Shown here in pieces: positions 16,940 through 25,869 of a stretch of DNA of 64,000 nucleotides. A model generated the notes under the pieces. The model searched no databases. It was given only the letters and a program-made list of their open reading frames with translations, and had not been told where the DNA came from. The number at the start of each line of letters is the position of its first letter. Position 1 is the stretch's first letter. The translations under genes were made by a program, and so were the position numbers. The DNA comes from Deltaproteobacteria bacterium (GTDB lineage Bacteria; Desulfobacterota; Binatia; UBA1149; SPBQ01): NCBI GenBank assembly GCA_029262375.1, contig JAJCZM010000053.1:29400-93399 (forward strand). Direction: 5' to 3'.

Positions 16940-17434
16940 TTAGTCTACGTTGAAAGCTGCTTTCAACAGATCGAGTTCTCGATCTTCATGCATGTACATA
17001 CTGGTCAGCCAGGCCCCGATGCGCGCGGTCAGCGGGCGATCGGTGTGGCAGACGTCGGGTTCGACGCGAACCGCCTCATGAATCGCTGAAAGTTCCGCCA
17101 GTAGCCCCTCGTGCTCGCGTTCCAGCTCGTTGACGATGCCGGCACGGTCGACGGGGAGCGCGTCGCGCAACTTTTCGAACATCCCCGAGTCTTCCTCGGT
17201 CTTCATGTGTGCTGCGCAGGCCTTGTCCAGTTCTTCAAGCGTGGAGAGCAGATGCTTCCAACCGTGCGGCGTCTGCGCCTCGGCGAGCGCCAGCTCCACG
17301 GATGAGAGCAATTCGTAGAAGACGATGTGGTGACGCCTAGCGCGGAATCCGGGGGTCAGGTGGGCACGATACGACGTAACAAACGCTTCACCGCTCGCAC
17401 CGCCCGCGCGTGCACCGTGTGTCGAATGGCTCAT
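16940..17434 (-). CDS. Hemerythrin-like (HHE cation-binding) domain protein
   Basis: The patterns AHMKTEEDSGMFEKL, EREHEGLLAEL and MHEDRELDLL fit H-x2-EE...F and H-E-D-x-E hemerythrin-like helices. Confidence 0.55.
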   Translation of the reverse strand: MSHSTHGARAGGASGEAFVTSYRAHLTPGFRARRHHIVFYELLSSVELALAEAQTPHGWKHLLSTLEELDKACAAHMKTEEDSGMFEKLRDALPVDRAGIVNELEREHEGLLAELSAIHEAVRVEPDVCHTDRPLTARIGAWLTSMYMHEDRELDLLKAAFNVD

Positions 17435-17744
17435 GTGAGTCCTCCCTGCGGCCCTGTTGTGGCGGATTCCGATACGCCGTTATACCCCTAAACTAACGGG
17501 TTGCCGCCACCATGAAAATGCAGAGTTCGTGCCACACTCAATGCCGCGGTGCGCATTGGGCATACGGCCTGTCTGCAAGGCTCAGGCATGCGCGCGTCGC
17601 GCGCCTCGGCGGCGCTGCCTTCCCACGCTTGGGAACGCACCGGTGCAAGGTTCCCAGCGGTGCGAAGAGCGGGGCTGTGGCTGTGAATAATCGTAGTCCC
17701 GTCGCTGGCACACGTCTTGGAGTAAATAGGGGTAGGAGGCGGAA

Positions 17745-18740
17745 GTGATTCACCCGGACGAACCTCACAACGTCGTTGCACCTGGCAGTAATCGGCTGGA
17801 TCCCGTGTTCGCGAGGTTACTGGAACACACGCCGCCTCCAGCTCATCTGCTTCCTCCGATCGAAGAGCGCCGCGCCGCGGCCCGCCGCATGTACGAGCCG
17901 CTTTGCGCTGCCGCGCGTCGCCCGTCGCTTGCACGTTCGATGGACGTACTACTACCCGGCGTTGGCGAGGCAATTCATCTGCGCGTCTACACCCCGCACG
18001 GCGTGGCGCCGATGCCGGCTTATATCTATTTTCACGGTGGCGGCTGGTCGACGGGATCCGTGGCCGATGCGGAGCCGCACTGCCGCAATGTTGCCGCCGA
18101 TGCCGGCGTCATCACGATCAACGTCGGTTACTCGCTCGCCCCCGAGCACGGCTATCCGTGTGCTCTCGAGGAGGCGTACTCGGTGCTCCAGTGGGTCGCG
18201 GGCGCTGGTGCTTCCAGGTTGGGCATCGACACGAAGCATATCGCAGTAGGTGGAACGAGCGCCGGTGCGAACCTCGCCGCGGCGCTGTGCCTGCTGGCGC
18301 GCGACAGGAGCGGGCCGCACATTGAGTTTCAGTATCTCGACTCGGCACCTCTCGATGCAACGATGTCGTCGCGCTCGATCGTCGAAAACGGTGAGGGCTT
18401 CCTGCTGACGGCGGACGCGGTTCGGTACATGTACGCGCAGTACCTCGGAGAGCACGGTGTTCTCGATGATCCGTACGTTTCTCCCCTGAAAGCCGATGAT
18501 CTATCGAGTCTGCCACCGGCGCTGATCGTTACGGCCGATTGCGATCCGCTGCGTGACGATGGGCTAGTCTATGCCGAGCGGCTGCGCGACGCCGGTGTGG
18601 ATGCGACCTCGCACAACTACGAAGGCATGTTGCACGGCTTCACGGCGTTGGAAATCCTGACGCCGCGCGCTAAAGAGGCGCACGTCGAACTCGCTCGGGC
18701 GCTACGAAGCCTCCATGGTGTACAATCCGATGTACTGTGA
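17745..18740 (+). CDS. Alpha/beta hydrolase, HSL-family esterase/lipase
   Basis: GTG start with an AGGAGG SD. Oxyanion motif YFHGGGWSTGS, nucleophile elbow GGTSAGANLA, C-terminal DPLRDDG and HGF. Confidence 0.85.
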   Translation: MIHPDEPHNVVAPGSNRLDPVFARLLEHTPPPAHLLPPIEERRAAARRMYEPLCAAARRPSLARSMDVLLPGVGEAIHLRVYTPHGVAPMPAYIYFHGGGWSTGSVADAEPHCRNVAADAGVITINVGYSLAPEHGYPCALEEAYSVLQWVAGAGASRLGIDTKHIAVGGTSAGANLAAALCLLARDRSGPHIEFQYLDSAPLDATMSSRSIVENGEGFLLTADAVRYMYAQYLGEHGVLDDPYVSPLKADDLSSLPPALIVTADCDPLRDDGLVYAERLRDAGVDATSHNYEGMLHGFTALEILTPRAKEAHVELARALRSLHGVQSDVL

Positions 18741-20203
18741 CGGATGTCGGCAATATTGCCGCGTGGACAGACGCGTGGCTCCCCGGCGTGCTGACGGCGG
18801 CTACGGCGCTGATCTCGCTGGTGGCATCGCTGCACGCGATCATGATCAAGCGAGATGTGCGCGGCGCATCCGCTTGGGCGGCGATCTGTTGGCTGGTGCC
18901 GATATTCGGACCGATTTTCTACCTCTTGCTCGGCGTGAATCGCATCGAGCGCCGCGCCGCATCTTTGCGCGGCGCGCGAGATGCAGGCGAGGTCGAGCGC
19001 GGTCCGGCTGGCGACACGGAACGAACGCTGCCGGCACTCCCGCGCGTAGCAGCACACTTAGGCTCGCTCCAGCGTCTACTCGACCGCATCGTCGATAGCA
19101 CGTTATACGAAGGCAATCGTGTTGGCGTCTTGGTGAACGGCGACGAAGCCTATCCCGCGATGCTCGAGGCGATCGAGAATGCGCGCGAGTCGGTTGGTCT
19201 ATCCACGTATATTTTTGACAGCGACGATGTCGGTCGCGCCTTCCACGCGGCGCTCGGCGACGCGGTTGCGCGAGGCGTCGAAGTTCGTGTTCTGATCGAT
19301 GCCGTCGGCGCACGCTACAGCTTCCCCTCGAGCTACAAGAAGTTGGTTCGCAGCGCTATTCCGTGCGCGCGGTTCCTACACTCGACCTGGCCCTGGCGCA
19401 TGCCGTATCTCAACCTGCGCAATCATCGCAAATTCCTGTTGGTCGATGGCCGCGTCTGTTTCACCGGCGGAATGAACATTCGTGCCGGCCACATTTCGAC
19501 CGCGAAGGCACCCGCCAAGATCCGCGACGTTCACTTTCTGTTCGAAGGACCGGTGGTGGCGGGTCTCATGCGTATCTTCGCGCAAGACTGGCATTTCACG
19601 ACCGACGAGAACCTCGAGGGGGAGCGTTGGTGGCCCGCTCTGGAGCCCTGCGGTGAAACGCTCGCGCGGCCGATCCCCGACGGCCCCGACAAGGATATGG
19701 ACAATCTTCACTGGACCCTGATGGCCGCCATCACCAGTGCCAGATCGTCGGTTCGAATTGCGACCCCGTACTTCCTGCCCGACGACACGCTCATGACAGC
19801 GCTCAGTCTGGCGGCAATGCGTGGGGTGGAAGTCGAGATACTGCTGCCATCGAAGAACAATCTACCGACAGTGAAGTGGGCCTCGATGCACCAGATGCCG
19901 CGATTGGTAGCGCGTGGATGTCGCGTGGCACTCACGCAGCCGCCGTTCGATCACTCGAAGATTTTCGTGGTGGACGGGGTTTGCTCGCTCGTTGGCTCTG
20001 CGAACTGGGACGCTCGCAGTCTGCGACTGAACTTCGAAGTCGATGTGTTGTGCTACGACGAAGTACTCGCAGCCTGTTTGGGCGATCTGCTCGATACCAA
20101 GAAACAGGGAGCGCACTGGCTAGCCGCCGCCGATTTCCACGATCGACCGGCGCTCGTGAAATTGCGAGACGCGGTCGCGCGGTTGGCCTCGCCGTACCTG
20201 TAG
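18737..20203 (+). CDS. cls: Cardiolipin synthase (PLD superfamily)
   Basis: Two HKD motifs are present: HRKFLLVDGRVCFTGGMN and HSKIFVVDGVCSLVGSANWDARS. There are N-terminal TM helices. The start overlaps the esterase stop by 4 nt. Confidence 0.9.
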   Translation: MTDVGNIAAWTDAWLPGVLTAATALISLVASLHAIMIKRDVRGASAWAAICWLVPIFGPIFYLLLGVNRIERRAASLRGARDAGEVERGPAGDTERTLPALPRVAAHLGSLQRLLDRIVDSTLYEGNRVGVLVNGDEAYPAMLEAIENARESVGLSTYIFDSDDVGRAFHAALGDAVARGVEVRVLIDAVGARYSFPSSYKKLVRSAIPCARFLHSTWPWRMPYLNLRNHRKFLLVDGRVCFTGGMNIRAGHISTAKAPAKIRDVHFLFEGPVVAGLMRIFAQDWHFTTDENLEGERWWPALEPCGETLARPIPDGPDKDMDNLHWTLMAAITSARSSVRIATPYFLPDDTLMTALSLAAMRGVEVEILLPSKNNLPTVKWASMHQMPRLVARGCRVALTQPPFDHSKIFVVDGVCSLVGSANWDARSLRLNFEVDVLCYDEVLAACLGDLLDTKKQGAHWLAAADFHDRPALVKLRDAVARLASPYL

Positions 20204-20230
20204 GATCCGGCGCGAGCCGCGATAGAAACG

Positions 20231-21586
20231 CTAGCTGTCGCCGGCTTCGAGCTCTTCGAGCTTGCGGTACAGCGAAGACAGGCTGATTCCCAGCGCACTC
20301 GCGGCGCCTCGCTTGTCGCCGTCGCACTCTGCGAGCACGTTCTCGATGTGGTTGCGCTCGAAGGTTCGCATCGCCGATTTCAGATCGCCGCCGGCGTATT
20401 CGCGTCCGCCTACGCTCGCAGCGAATCGCGCGGGTAGGTCTTCGACTCTGATCCAGTCGCCGGATCCCAGAATCATCGCGTGCTCGATGATGTTGTCGAG
20501 TTCGCGAACGTTTCCTTTCCACGCCGCGCCGACGAGTATCTTCATCGCGGCGTTCTCGACTCCCTTGAAATGGCGATTCATTTCTTCGTTGTGGCGTCGC
20601 ACGAGGAAATCCACGAGTAGGGGAATGTCTTCCCGTCTCTCGCGCAGCGGCGGGATGTCGATGCCGAACACGTTGAGTCGGTAGTAGAGATCCTCGCGAA
20701 ACTCGCCGGCCCCCGCCGACGCTTCGAGGTCGCGATTGGTTGCCGCGATGATTCGTACGTCAACGTGCGCGGGCTCTGTGGACCCGACCGCAAGGACTTC
20801 GCGCTCTTCGAGTACACGCAGCAATTTCACCTGAAGCCCGAGCGGAAGCTCGCCGATTTCGTCGAGAAAGATCGTGCCGCTTTTGGCGCGTTGGAACAGG
20901 CCTTCCTGCGCCGTGACCGCTCCCGTGAACGCACCGCGTACATGACCGAATAGTTGACTCTCGAGAAGGTTCTCAGGGATTGCGCCGCAGTTGATCGGCA
21001 GGAAGATGCGGTCTGCGCGCATACTCTGGCGGTGCACGGCGCGCGCAACGACCTCTTTCCCGACGCCGCTTTCACCGCTGATCAACACGGTGGAATCGGT
21101 AGGCGAGACCTTCTTGATCAGCCCGACGATCTGTTTCATTGCCGCGCTCTGCCCGACCAGATTGTCGAAATCGAAGCGTTCTTCGACCTCACGGCGCAGG
21201 TGCTGGATCTGCCATGCCAGCTGTCGTCGTTCCAGCAAGCGCGCGATCTTCGCCAGTGCATCCTCGAACACGAGCGGCTTGATCATGTAGTCGTGTGCGC
21301 CCTGTCGCAGAGCTTCCACGGCGGTTTCGACACTCGCGTAGGCCGTCATGAGAATCACCAACGTCTGAGGACGAAGTTGGCGTATGCGCTTCAAGAGCGC
21401 GACGCCGTCCACCTCCGGCATGCGTAGGTCGGTGATGACGAGGTCGAAATCGTTGGATTCGAGCATCTCGATGGCGCTTGCGCCGCCTGCGGCCGTCGCC
21501 GTTTCGTAGCCTTCATCGCTGAGTACATCGACCAAGCTCTCACGGCTGGCTGCTTCGTCGTCAACTACTAGTATGTTCCCGGTCAT
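20231..21586 (-). CDS. Sigma-54-dependent response regulator (NtrC/Fis-type enhancer-binding protein)
   Basis: REC domain (ILVVDDE...DLVITDLRMPEVDG). AAA+ domain with GESGVGKE and the GAFTGA loop (GHVRGAFTGA), plus RELDN. C-terminal HTH ends in LGISLSSLYRKL. Confidence 0.92.
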   Translation of the reverse strand: MTGNILVVDDEAASRESLVDVLSDEGYETATAAGGASAIEMLESNDFDLVITDLRMPEVDGVALLKRIRQLRPQTLVILMTAYASVETAVEALRQGAHDYMIKPLVFEDALAKIARLLERRQLAWQIQHLRREVEERFDFDNLVGQSAAMKQIVGLIKKVSPTDSTVLISGESGVGKEVVARAVHRQSMRADRIFLPINCGAIPENLLESQLFGHVRGAFTGAVTAQEGLFQRAKSGTIFLDEIGELPLGLQVKLLRVLEEREVLAVGSTEPAHVDVRIIAATNRDLEASAGAGEFREDLYYRLNVFGIDIPPLRERREDIPLLVDFLVRRHNEEMNRHFKGVENAAMKILVGAAWKGNVRELDNIIEHAMILGSGDWIRVEDLPARFAASVGGREYAGGDLKSAMRTFERNHIENVLAECDGDKRGAASALGISLSSLYRKLEELEAGDS

Positions 21587-21718
21587 CGTTTACTCACTTT
21601 AGGTTTGTGCCTTGCGCCTGACAAGCCGAGGTGCTCGAACGCCCCGGCGCGACGACCTCAGTCGGTACGCCGACGCGACGCATTGACTGCGGCGCGGTGG
21701 GCTGAGAGAAAAACGACC

Positions 21719-22999
21719 GTGGCCGACATAACACTCATCGAACTCGTCAGCATGGGGCAGGAAGATCGCGACGAACGTCTCGCGTACCTGGGCATCGATC
21801 GGGTTAAGCGGGAGCGTCTCTCGTCTCTTACTGGGTTCGTCGAAGGGATCGCCGATGATCTGGTTGAGCGGTTCTATGACCATCTCAATTCCTTTGCAGC
21901 GACGCGCGTGTTTTTGTCGGATCCCACGCTCGTTGTCAGGCTCAAGAGCGCGCAGCGGGCGCACCTCATCAGCCTGACTTCGGGGGCGTTCGATGAGGCG
22001 TACTTCGAATCGCGGCTGCGCGTCGGACTGACTCACGCGCTCATCAGCCTGGAGCCCCAGTGGTACATCGGTGCCTACATGGCGCAGTTGTCCATCATGA
22101 CGGCCGGCTTGTTTGAACACTTCGACGATCCGGACGATGTGCGCGACTCGATCGATGCCCTCACGAAGGCAGTCATGCTCGACATCGAGTTGGCGATCGA
22201 TGCCTACATCTACGGTGGTTTCGTCGAAAGATCGTTGGCGGACTCGCACCGGGCTGCGGCCGAGCGTGCGACAGCGGCGCTCGCCGCCCGAGATGAACAG
22301 GAAGCGCGGAAAGAAGAACTCCTGCGAATGGTTGTTCATGATATTCGCAGTCCTGTGACCGCGATGATGTCGACTGCGCGCGTCGGGCTGCGCCGAGCCA
22401 GTGATCTCACCGTGGCTCCCGGCAAACAGTTTCGATTGATCGAGGATGCCGGCGTTCACGTGCTCCAGATCATCGATAACATGCTGACGATTGCGCGTGT
22501 CACGCGCGGTCAACTTCCGATCTCGCTCGAGGCGTTCGATGTCGGCCAGGTCGTTGCCGAATGTGTTCACGAACTGCAGGAGTATGCGTCGCAGGCGCAG
22601 CACACCCTCATCTATGAGGGCGACTCCGCCGTTGAGGTTGAGTCGCTCGATCAGACGCTCGTGCGTCGCATGGTCTTCAACCTCGCAACCAACGCCATCC
22701 GCCATACGCCCGAGGCTACACAGATCTGGGTTCGATGCGTACTCGAGTCCGAGCGCTGCATGATTACCGTAGCCGACGATGGGCCGGGTCTTCCGCGTAA
22801 CGTTCTTGAGCAGCTGGACGCCGTGCTCAGCGGTACCGGCGCGCGCAGCGAGGGCGCATACTTGGACAGCGGCCTCGGTCTTCCGTTCTGCGCGCTTGCC
22901 TGTGAACGCCTCGGCGGCCGCTTGTCGGTCGATACCGGCACGACGACCGGAACCAGGTTTGTGATCGACCTGCCCGTCGCTGCCGGTGTATTCGAGTAG
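21719..22999 (+). CDS. Globin-coupled sensor histidine kinase
   Basis: The N-terminal protoglobin/globin-coupled-sensor pattern is RLAYLGI...L...I-DDLVERFYDHL...D-LV-RLK-AQ-AHL--L-SG-FDEAYFESRLRVGLTHALISLEPQWYIGAY. The candidate distal Tyr codon is at 21875-21877 and the proximal His codon at 22034-22036. An H-box (VVHDIRSPV) and an HATPase domain (NLATNAIRHTP, DDGPGL, GLGLPF) follow. The start is uncertain: GTG 21719 or ATG 21752. The track start at 21605 would leave only 18 bp to the divergent gene. Confidence 0.85.
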   Translation: MADITLIELVSMGQEDRDERLAYLGIDRVKRERLSSLTGFVEGIADDLVERFYDHLNSFAATRVFLSDPTLVVRLKSAQRAHLISLTSGAFDEAYFESRLRVGLTHALISLEPQWYIGAYMAQLSIMTAGLFEHFDDPDDVRDSIDALTKAVMLDIELAIDAYIYGGFVERSLADSHRAAAERATAALAARDEQEARKEELLRMVVHDIRSPVTAMMSTARVGLRRASDLTVAPGKQFRLIEDAGVHVLQIIDNMLTIARVTRGQLPISLEAFDVGQVVAECVHELQEYASQAQHTLIYEGDSAVEVESLDQTLVRRMVFNLATNAIRHTPEATQIWVRCVLESERCMITVADDGPGLPRNVLEQLDAVLSGTGARSEGAYLDSGLGLPFCALACERLGGRLSVDTGTTTGTRFVIDLPVAAGVFE

Positions 23000-23067
23000 C
23001 ATTGCCTCGACCAGCGTCGGCTCAAGTGGCGGGGACGCAGGTAGCACCGACGGAATTTCCGTTGCGT

Positions 23068-23658
23068 TCAGGGCGTCCGTCCCGTGTCGGGATGTTCCGC
23101 GGCGCTACGGAGCGATGTCGCTTGCGATTCGCTCACGGTGCGCTCGAGGGCCTCGATGCGCTCGCTATGACTGGAGCATGAACCCGTCTTTGAGAGGCGA
23201 TTGCCGAAGCGCTTGAGCGCCGGGCGTGCTAGGTCGCGCATCTCGGCGAAGAGGTGATCGAACTCCGAGCGCTCGAGCGCCGCGCACAGTGGTACCGCGT
23301 CGGCCGGCGCAATTCCCTCGTGAACTCGGGTGTAGCAATCACGAACCAGCTTGGCGCAGCCGTTCACGCGAGCATCGAAGCCGACCAAGAAAGGGCCGTC
23401 GTCGTCGAGCGCGTCGTGGATCGCTAGCAGTGCCGCCAATTGGCGAGAGTGAGAGCGCTCGTCTGCGGCAAGCGCATGCCATGTCGAAGCCAGGGTGGGA
23501 GTGCGCTCGTGCTGGGAGGCCAGTTCGTCGTACATCCGCGAAATCTCCTCCTCGAGATCGCGGCAGTGACTGAGTGCGTCGCGTAAATACATGCCTGTGG
23601 GAAAAGCATTCGGCGTGCCAGCCTCGTTGGCCGGAGAAACCCACGGAATTGGTGTCAT
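23068..23658 (-). CDS. Ferritin/rubrerythrin-like helical protein
   Basis: Helices with DLEEEISRMYDELA, WHALAADERSHSRQLAALL (ExxH) and LERSEFDHLFAEM. The internal ATG at 23658 was chosen because the track start at 23805 would abut the divergent gene. Confidence 0.5.
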   Translation of the reverse strand: MTPIPWVSPANEAGTPNAFPTGMYLRDALSHCRDLEEEISRMYDELASQHERTPTLASTWHALAADERSHSRQLAALLAIHDALDDDGPFLVGFDARVNGCAKLVRDCYTRVHEGIAPADAVPLCAALERSEFDHLFAEMRDLARPALKRFGNRLSKTGSCSSHSERIEALERTVSESQATSLRSAAEHPDTGRTP

Positions 23659-23770
23659 GCAGACTGTTGAAGGTCGATTCGGCTTCTCGGGATTGAGAAT
23701 GGCACCCAGGTGATTCCCAGCGGTGGGAATATTCGTGCGTCGACCAGGCGAAAAGACAGGGGACCGCAGA

Positions 23771-23786
23771 TGGCACGGGGCATGCA
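23771..23786 (+). promoter_or_regulatory. Candidate sigma-54 (-24/-12) promoter for the PyrD-like/Usp/beta-CASP operon
   Basis: TGGCACGGGGCATGCA has one mismatch to TGGCACG-N4-TTGCA with correct spacing. It lies only about 19 nt upstream of the ATG at 23805, so the leader would be very short. Confidence 0.45.
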
Positions 23787-23804
23787 AAAGGGCATGTAGG
23801 TGCA

Positions 23805-24833
23805 ATGAGCGATCTCAGCTGCAAATACCTCGGCCTGAATCTGGATTGCCCCCTCGTGGTGGCAGCCTCCCCGCTTTCGCGCGACCTTGATACTGCTGCG
23901 GCGCTCGCGTCAAACGGTGCCGGTGCCATCGTATTGTTCTCGGTGTTTCAGGAACAGTTCGGTGAGCATGACGCGCACATGCGTCGCGCGTGGGAGAACC
24001 AGTCGCGCGCGAGCTATCTGCTCGGTGCAGAGCAGGTTCGGCGTGCCTCTCCGGTCGCCCATGCGCCGTTGCTCGACCGCGGCGAGTTTCTCACTACGCC
24101 CGAGGCCTATCTCGAACATCTGAGCGCGCTCAAGCGTCGCGTGTCCATTCCGGTGATCGCGAGTCTGAACGGATATGACAACGGGCGTTGGCTGTCCTTC
24201 GCCAAGAAACTCGAAGACGCCGGCGCCGATGCGCTGGAGATCAATATTTATCGACTCGGCGCCGATCCATACGTCGCAAGCTCAGCGACCGAGTCCGTGT
24301 ACCTGGAAGTCCTCGATGCGGTTCGCAACGAGGTCTCGTTGCCTGTGGCACTCAAGCTGTTGCCTTTCTTCAGTTCTTTCGCGGCGATGGCACACAAGCT
24401 GGACGAAGCCGGTGCTGCCGGTCTCGTCCTATTCAATCGATTCTACCAGCCTGACATTGATATAGAGCGTCCCGGCCTGACAACGGACCTTTGCCTGTCG
24501 TCCTCTGAAGACGCGCGCCTACCCCTGGCTTGGGCTGCGATGCTCGCGGGTCGGATCAAAGCCGATATCGCGGTCACGACGGGCATCCACTGCGCAGAAG
24601 ACGCCATTAAAGCGGTCATGGTCGGAGCAAGCGTGGCAATGCTCGGCTCGACGCTGATCCGCAATGGTGTCGATCGAATGAGTACCATTCGCGACGGGAT
24701 GGACGACTGGTTAGGGTCACATGGCTATCGCTCGGTTGAAGCGGTCCGCGGGATCCTCGCGCAGGCGCGACACGCCGATCCAGCCGTGTTCGAGCGTGAA
24801 GGCTATACGAAGGTGATCAACCGCTATTGGTAG
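23805..24833 (+). CDS. Dihydroorotate dehydrogenase-like (class 1 PyrD-like TIM-barrel) protein
   Basis: MSDLSCKYLGLNLDCPLVVAASPLSRDLDT...GAGAIVLFSVFQEQ...ALEINIY...LKLLPFF...GLVLFNRFYQPDID. The layout matches the PyrD-like family. True DHODH activity is not implied. Confidence 0.75.
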   Translation: MSDLSCKYLGLNLDCPLVVAASPLSRDLDTAAALASNGAGAIVLFSVFQEQFGEHDAHMRRAWENQSRASYLLGAEQVRRASPVAHAPLLDRGEFLTTPEAYLEHLSALKRRVSIPVIASLNGYDNGRWLSFAKKLEDAGADALEINIYRLGADPYVASSATESVYLEVLDAVRNEVSLPVALKLLPFFSSFAAMAHKLDEAGAAGLVLFNRFYQPDIDIERPGLTTDLCLSSSEDARLPLAWAAMLAGRIKADIAVTTGIHCAEDAIKAVMVGASVAMLGSTLIRNGVDRMSTIRDGMDDWLGSHGYRSVEAVRGILAQARHADPAVFEREGYTKVINRYW

Positions 24834-24852
24834 CGCCGGAGGACGTCATCTG

Positions 24853-25377
24853 ATGGAGCGGTTCAAGAATATACTCGTCGCTACCGATCTCGAGGCGACC
24901 TCGCTCGGGGTGGTTTCGTATGCGGCGCATCTGCTACCGGTCGAAGGCGGAGAGTTGGGGATCGTTCACGTGGCCCCGACGGTTTCGCTCGGCGACTACG
25001 CCGGCTTCGTGCCCGCGCATGATCTCGATGACGTTGATCGCGACCTGCTGGCGCATGCGCGTATGACGCTCGAGGAGTGGGTACATCGACACGTCAAAAC
25101 GACTGCTCGCGTGAATATCACAGTCGAGCAAGGCGTGATTTACGAAGTCGTGTGTCGTGTCGCGGAAGAGATGAACGCGGACGTGCTTGTCGTCGGGTCA
25201 CACGGCCGCGACGGACTCAGTCGCCTGGTGCTCGGGAGCACGGCCGAGAAACTGATGCGACATGCGCCCTGTCCCGTGCTCGTGGTGCGGCCACCGGAGC
25301 CGAGCAAACAAGATCCGAAGGCCGACGACGACGCAGCCGCGGATGCCAACCCATCAACGAACGGAGTAACAGCATGA
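24853..25377 (+). CDS. Universal stress protein (UspA family)
   Basis: FKNILVATDL..., VLVVGSHGRDGLSRLVLGSTAEKLMRHAPCPVLVVR. Confidence 0.88.
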   Translation: MERFKNILVATDLEATSLGVVSYAAHLLPVEGGELGIVHVAPTVSLGDYAGFVPAHDLDDVDRDLLAHARMTLEEWVHRHVKTTARVNITVEQGVIYEVVCRVAEEMNADVLVVGSHGRDGLSRLVLGSTAEKLMRHAPCPVLVVRPPEPSKQDPKADDDAAADANPSTNGVTA

Positions 25378-25862
25378 AGCAGTTCAAACGCATTCTCGCC
25401 CCAACCGATCTGACCCCCGAGTCGCTCGATGTCGTAAAGTACGCAGCGCATCTCGCCGAGGCCCAAGGCGCGGAGCTGACAGTTCTTCACGTAGTGCATA
25501 CGACGTCGATCGCGTATGCGGGCTTTGTTCCGACCGTCGATTTTAGCGGGCTCGAAGCCGAACTCATCAAGGGAGCTCGTGAACACCTCGAAACTTGGGC
25601 GAAGAAGAGCATCAAGAAGGTGAAGCGGGTCGATCTCATGGTTCGCATGGGGCTCGCCGATGAAGTGATCGAGAAGGTTGCGAAAGAGATCGACGCGAGC
25701 GTGGTCGTGATGGCCACCCACGGGCATCGTGGCGTGAAGCGCGCGTTGCTCGGAAGTGTCACTGAATGGTTCGTGCGGCGTTCCCCTTGCCCGGTTCTCG
25801 TAGTCCGTCCGCCGAAGCGGGCTCCGAAGAAAAAGAGCTCGAGTCGCAAGAAGGCCGCCTGA
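25374..25862 (+). CDS. Universal stress protein (UspA family)
   Basis: The ATG overlaps the upstream stop (ATGA). FKRILAPTDL..., VVVMATHGHRGVKRALLGSVTEWFVRRSPCPVLVVR, and a Lys-rich tail. Confidence 0.88.
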   Translation: MKQFKRILAPTDLTPESLDVVKYAAHLAEAQGAELTVLHVVHTTSIAYAGFVPTVDFSGLEAELIKGAREHLETWAKKSIKKVKRVDLMVRMGLADEVIEKVAKEIDASVVVMATHGHRGVKRALLGSVTEWFVRRSPCPVLVVRPPKRAPKKKSSSRKKAA

Positions 25863-25869
25863 ACGGTCT

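Noticed and set aside
17706-17721. TGGCACACGTCTTGGA, a sigma-54-like motif upstream of the esterase gene
   Set aside because: The -12 element is GG rather than the strongly conserved GC. I kept it only as a remark in the palindrome finding.
21599-23047. 482-aa minus-strand ORF
   Set aside because: It is antisense to the globin-coupled histidine kinase, whose H-box and HATPase motifs are unambiguous on the + strand.
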